Shown here in pieces: positions 59,561 to 64,000 of a stretch of 64,000 nucleotides of DNA. Under the pieces are notes generated by a model. It was not told the DNA's origin. It made no database searches and saw only the letters and a program-made list of their open reading frames with translations. The DNA comes from the human T2T-CHM13v2.0 reference genome, Homo sapiens, in NCBI RefSeq assembly GCF_009914755.1, contig NC_060932.1; one strand, 5' to 3'. The position numbers and the translations under genes were made by a program. The number at the start of each line of letters is the position of its first letter. Position 1 is the stretch's first letter.

Positions 59561-60461
59561 TTCTTAAGCAGCATGTAAGGGAGCTTCATATTTGTTTGTC
59601 TCAGTCCCATCATGATGTAGGTCAAAAGCAAGTTACATTCAGCTAGCTGTATGACAAAGATGCCTCCTTTTGAACAGTAAGAATTTAGGCTTTGTTGTTT
59701 TATACACTCAGGCAACTTGAAAAGGATAAAAGAAAGGTGGAGAAAAGAATAGTAAAGTGAGCTCAATTAATTTTCTAAGAAGGCAATCTAAAAACTTCTC
59801 ACATGTAAACAGTAAGATGTCAGGGACACAAAATGAGTTAGCCCGTGTTGCTGGGATGAGGAGGGATAGCAGAGAAATGGCCATATGATGTCTGAGAGTG
59901 TGGCCAGTGGGAGGAGAGGGGTCTACTGGTGGACTTCTCTCAGCAGGTTGTCACCTCCACACTTTCTCATCCAGAGCTCCTGGGATTCCCTCTAGGAAGG
60001 AATCATTATACCATTTGCCCTGCTCCCATCATCTCACTAACCTGCTATCACTGTAGTAACTCCAAGAACCAGTGAGACAAGAAAGAGGGATGTCATGAGC
60101 TGCCTCTGCACAACTGTTGAATTCAATTTTCTTTCTTCAAGACTCCTTCCCCCATGTTTCTCTAATGCCCACACTTTATTCAGGATGTTGTGTTCAGTAG
60201 CAGAGACATTTGAAATGAAGCTTCCTTATCATGGCTTTTAGGAAAAATAATGGCAAAACTATTGGATACAGGTGAATTCTAGTCCAATATGGTAGGAGAG
60301 GTGAGCCTGGAATTGCCCTTTTTACATATCCTGCAGTCTGATTCTAATAAAAGTAGACACAGTTCTGGTACACTACTATGTGGTTATTTCCAGAAATATA
60401 AATGAGTGTTATTTTATATATATATATTATATATATATAAAATATATAATATGTACATATA

Positions 60462-60706
60462 TAGTATTGAACCGACAGTAGGTACTTATGCCTTCTAAAA
60501 ATGTAGTAGTAAGTGAACATAGGCAGGCAATATAGGAGGTGATACCTGAATTAGTTTTGAAAGGCTCTAGCACAGCCACCAGGCATACAATTAGGGAGGA
60601 GAAGTGGATGTACATTCTATACCGAAGAATAGTTCCCTCCTTATAACCCAAAGAACAGTGCTGAATACATCTTACATGCTTTGTAAATAGGTACTGTCTT
60701 GAGCTG
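60462..60706 (-). repeat. Inverted copy of 61377-61625
   Basis: Manual reverse-complement alignment: 6 substitutions and one 4-bp indel. Confidence 0.95.
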
Positions 60707-60791
60707 TTGTAACAAAGAGAACATATTGGAGAAGAGGAGGCTGGAGGCAGGGAGATCAGTTAGGAGATTATTGTGGTAGTTCAGGTTGAAG
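60704..60791 (+). repeat. Direct copy of 61828-61915 (88 bp)
   Basis: CTGTTGTAACAAAGAG...TTCAGGTTGAAG is identical at both sites. Confidence 0.95.
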
Positions 60792-60919
60792 CAATATATA
60801 TATATTATATATATATAAATATATATATTTATATATTTTAATGTTTATAAATATATAAATATATAAAACATTATATTTTAATGTTTAAACTTTTAAAAAA
60901 TCAGATAGGTAGGACTTCC

Positions 60920-61085
60920 TTTTTCTTTTTTAAATAATAACTATGGAAGTGCAGAAATAATAGAGATTCTATTGTGCTCTTTACCTGGCTTCCCCATTGG
61001 AACATCTCTACAACTCTAGTAGAATGTCAAAACCAGGAAATTGCCATTGGTACAATCTATAGACTTTATTTAGGTTTCAGGAGCT
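60920..61085 (-). mobile_element. L1MC/ME 3' end fragment
   Basis: 'GCTTCCCCATTGGAACATC...AAAACCAGGAAATTGCCATTGGTACAATC'. Confidence 0.65.
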
Positions 61086-61559
61086 GTTTCTAGGTGGGAC
61101 TTTCTAAGGATTGCAAACCCCATGGCTTTTTCTTTTTAAGCAGGTAGAATTGAGGGTGCAGTGGAAGCAAAGGCTCATGTCTGGTCTCTTCCTTTCTTTC
61201 TGTATTGCCCTCCTATCCCCCATCATGTGAAAAATAGATACTAGAAAACTCATATCAAAAAGTACAGTCTGGATGCTTACTTTGCAGGGTAGTATGTTAG
61301 GTGCCCAGGAGGACATGAATGACTATAAGAAGAAATGGTTCTGTAATTTGGAATCGTTTGTTTATACAGAAAGATTCAGCTCAAGACAGTACCTATTTAC
61401 AAAGCATGTAAGATGTATTCAGCACTGTTCTTTGGGTTATAAAGAGGGAACTATTATTCGGTGTAGAATGTACATCCACTTCTCCTCCCTAATTTTATGC
61501 CTGGTGGCTGTGCTAGAGCCTTTCAAAACTAATTCAGGTATCACCTCCTATATTGCCTG

Positions 61560-63330
61560 CCTATGTTCACTTACTACTACATTTTTAGCAGGCATGAGTA
61601 CCTACTAACTGTCGGTTCAATACTAGATCCCAGGGGTTCAAACATGGATTCTACACATTCTCTACCCACAATGAGTTCACAGTTTAGTGGAAGAGAGAGA
61701 CATTTAAGGAGGAAAATGCAGTAGAGTGTTATCAGAGGTATAAGTAGAGGTATGAGTAGGGTATATCTTGAATGCTGTGGGGTTTGAACAAAGGAGGAAA
61801 AAATGAATTTCTTTAGAAGAGAGATAACTGTTGTAACAAAGAGAACATATTGGAGAAGAGGAGGCTGGAGGCAGGGAGATCAGTTAGGAGATTATTGTGG
61901 TAGTTCAGGTTGAAGAAAGATAACTGAAACCAAGGTGGAGAGGAAGACCTAGGGGAAGGGATGGGTTTGGGGGCTACTTAGGAGCTAAATTTAAGAGCAC
62001 TTACTGATTAACTGACTATAGAGTTGAAAAGAGTGAGGTGTCCAAAATGGTCCCAGATGATGGGGTGGTGGAAGTGCCATGCACCAAGAGGGAGAGTCTG
62101 GGAGAAGATCAGACTCTGGAAGAAAACTCTTGACGGGGTATGGATGTATTGAGTTTGGGGTGTCTGTGGGATGTCCAAACTGAGAGAGCTCACTCAGTTA
62201 TAGATGAGCTCAAATGATATATGGTGCCTTGATGTGAATGACTTTGCCAGTTAAAGTATGTAGTAGGACAAGAAGATCAAGGAGAAGCCTTAGGAATCAC
62301 TAAAATTTAAAGGACAGATGGGGGAAGGGACCCTGCAGGAGAGATTAAGAAGGAGAGCAGAGTGAGAGGAAGAAGAGTGTTTGGAAAACGAGAGGCAGTC
62401 AACAATATAAAATGTTTTAGATGTCAGATATGATAGAAATTGAAATGTTTTCATTGGAGTTAGGGACAAAGGACATTCTTATTGACCTGTGTGAGTTCAA
62501 TTTCAGCTGGCTGGTTGCAGGAGACAGCAAAACAGTAGATCAAGTAGTGATTTTTAACTATGAAACAATTAAGAGTTTGGTATAAGGCAATTTAGTTAAG
62601 TGCTAACATGGAGTGTAAAGAAAAGTGTAATTGATATTAATTATTTAAGAAAATCCATAATAGAATGTTAGAGCAGAAATGCCACCCCATTTTTAAATAT
62701 AAAGAGAGATTTCAAGTAAATTGTTCAAGGTCATGCATCTAAAGAGGAACAGCCAGGACCAGGTCCCAGGTCTGTTTACTCCCTTTATAAAAGAAAATTC
62801 TGGATAGACTAGTTTAAAGGAGCAAATGAATGTCTGTTGCAGGAAAAGTGATTGTTAAAATGATGAATCAGAGCTGTATACTTCTATTGTGAAATATAAC
62901 TACTTGTTTGATGAATTTATTCATGTATTCTATAAATATTAATAGATATTGTGCTATTTGTTTAATATGCAAAGACAAATAAACAATTAGTTGTAGAGAA
63001 CATGCTTGGTGAATTTTATAAAAGTAAAATATTATCGCCATTAAGTGATATAGTCTAGCAGGGTGACAGACACAAAAATGGTATCATACAATGTGCAATT
63101 GAAAAGGCAGGAAATAGTTTTGCCTAGGAGTTGGAGACTAGTGAGCTGAATCTTGCATCATGATTGTGATTTCTCCAAATGGAGAAAGGATTAAAGGGAA
63201 CTTTCAACAAAGGGAACAGTATGAACAAAATCAGACCAGTATAAAGAAAGTCTATAACTTCACAGACTGTTAAACAGCCTGGTGGGGATACGATATAAAG
63301 GTAGGGAAATAACAAAGAATTATTTTGAAG
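61560..63330 (-). mobile_element. L2 fragments (about 61560-62560 and 62910-63330) with a MIR piece (~62670-62780)
   Basis: 'GGAGGCAGGGAGATCAGTTAGGAG', 'GAGTTTGGGGTGTCTGTGGGATGTCCAA', 'ATGAATTTATTCATGTATT'. Confidence 0.65.
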
Positions 63331-63338
63331 ACTAGAAA

Positions 63339-63702
63339 AGTATTAGTTTGTTTGTGCTGCTATAACAAAATACCTGAGACTGAGTAATTTACAAAGAACA
63401 GAAATTTGTTTTCTCACAGTTCTGCAGTCTGGGAAGTTTAAGATCAAGGCACCAGCATTCGGTGTCTGATGAGGGCTGCTTTCAGCCTCTAGGATGGCAC
63501 CCTGTGGCTGCATCCTTTGGAGGGGATGAATCCTACATCCTCACACATGGAAGGGACAGAAGAGCAAGAGAGTGCTTCCTTCAACTTCTAGCCTTTTTAT
63601 AAGGCTGTTAATCCCAGGCATGAGGACAAAGCCCTCATGACTTAATTATCTCCCAAAGGCCACACCTCTTAATACTGTTGCAGGGGATTACATTTCAACA
63701 TG
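63339..63702 (-). mobile_element. MST-family MaLR LTR, interrupted by an Alu
   Basis: GTATTAGTTTGTTTGTGCTGCTATAACAAAATACCTGAGACTG...GCCCTCATGACTTAATTATCTCCCAAAGGCC. Confidence 0.85.

Positions 63703-64000
<298 letters not shown>

Larger units (their letters stand above)
60410..60880. repeat. AT-rich/(TA)n tract split by a 330-bp insertion
   Basis: TA-rich runs at 60410-60461 and 60793-60880. Confidence 0.85.

Noticed and set aside
60427-61608. Two ORFs (60427..60651 minus, 61273..61608 plus) with near-identical translations, resembling paralogous small genes
   Set aside because: Fully explained by the inverted DNA duplication. Both start at TTG/CTG-type or poorly supported starts or lack gene context, and I recognise no domain.

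Overview
Primate (human-like) genomic DNA, AT-rich and dominated by interspersed repeats. I cannot support any host protein-coding exon, RNA gene or CRISPR array. The longer ORFs in the track come from LINE-1, Alu or LTR elements; the rest are short and unsupported. Layout: (1) an old minus-strand L1 with its 5' end at ~9833, interrupted by a full-length THE1 provirus, an L1PB fragment carrying an Alu, and a solo LTR12C; (2) a nest of L1ME > MSTC > (L1PA15/16-like + MSTA/B) at 13.7-16.9 kb; (3) an ERVL internal fragment and an MLT2A solo LTR; (4) a full-length ~6.07-kb L1PA2/3 (28141-34212, minus) with broken ORF1/ORF2 but an open antisense ORF0; (5) more truncated L1s, Alus, MIR/L2 and hAT fossils. 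I found no new gene system. The two most unusual structures are mechanistic scars. First, the full-length L1 has two nested target-site duplications, consistent with simultaneous 5' and 3' micro-transduction plus a cap-derived G. Second, a 330-bp two-part templated insertion (one inverted and one direct copy of nearby DNA, joined by CTG microhomology) sits inside a (TA)n tract at 60462-60791. Repeat subfamily names are from recalled consensus motifs and need RepeatMasker/Dfam confirmation.
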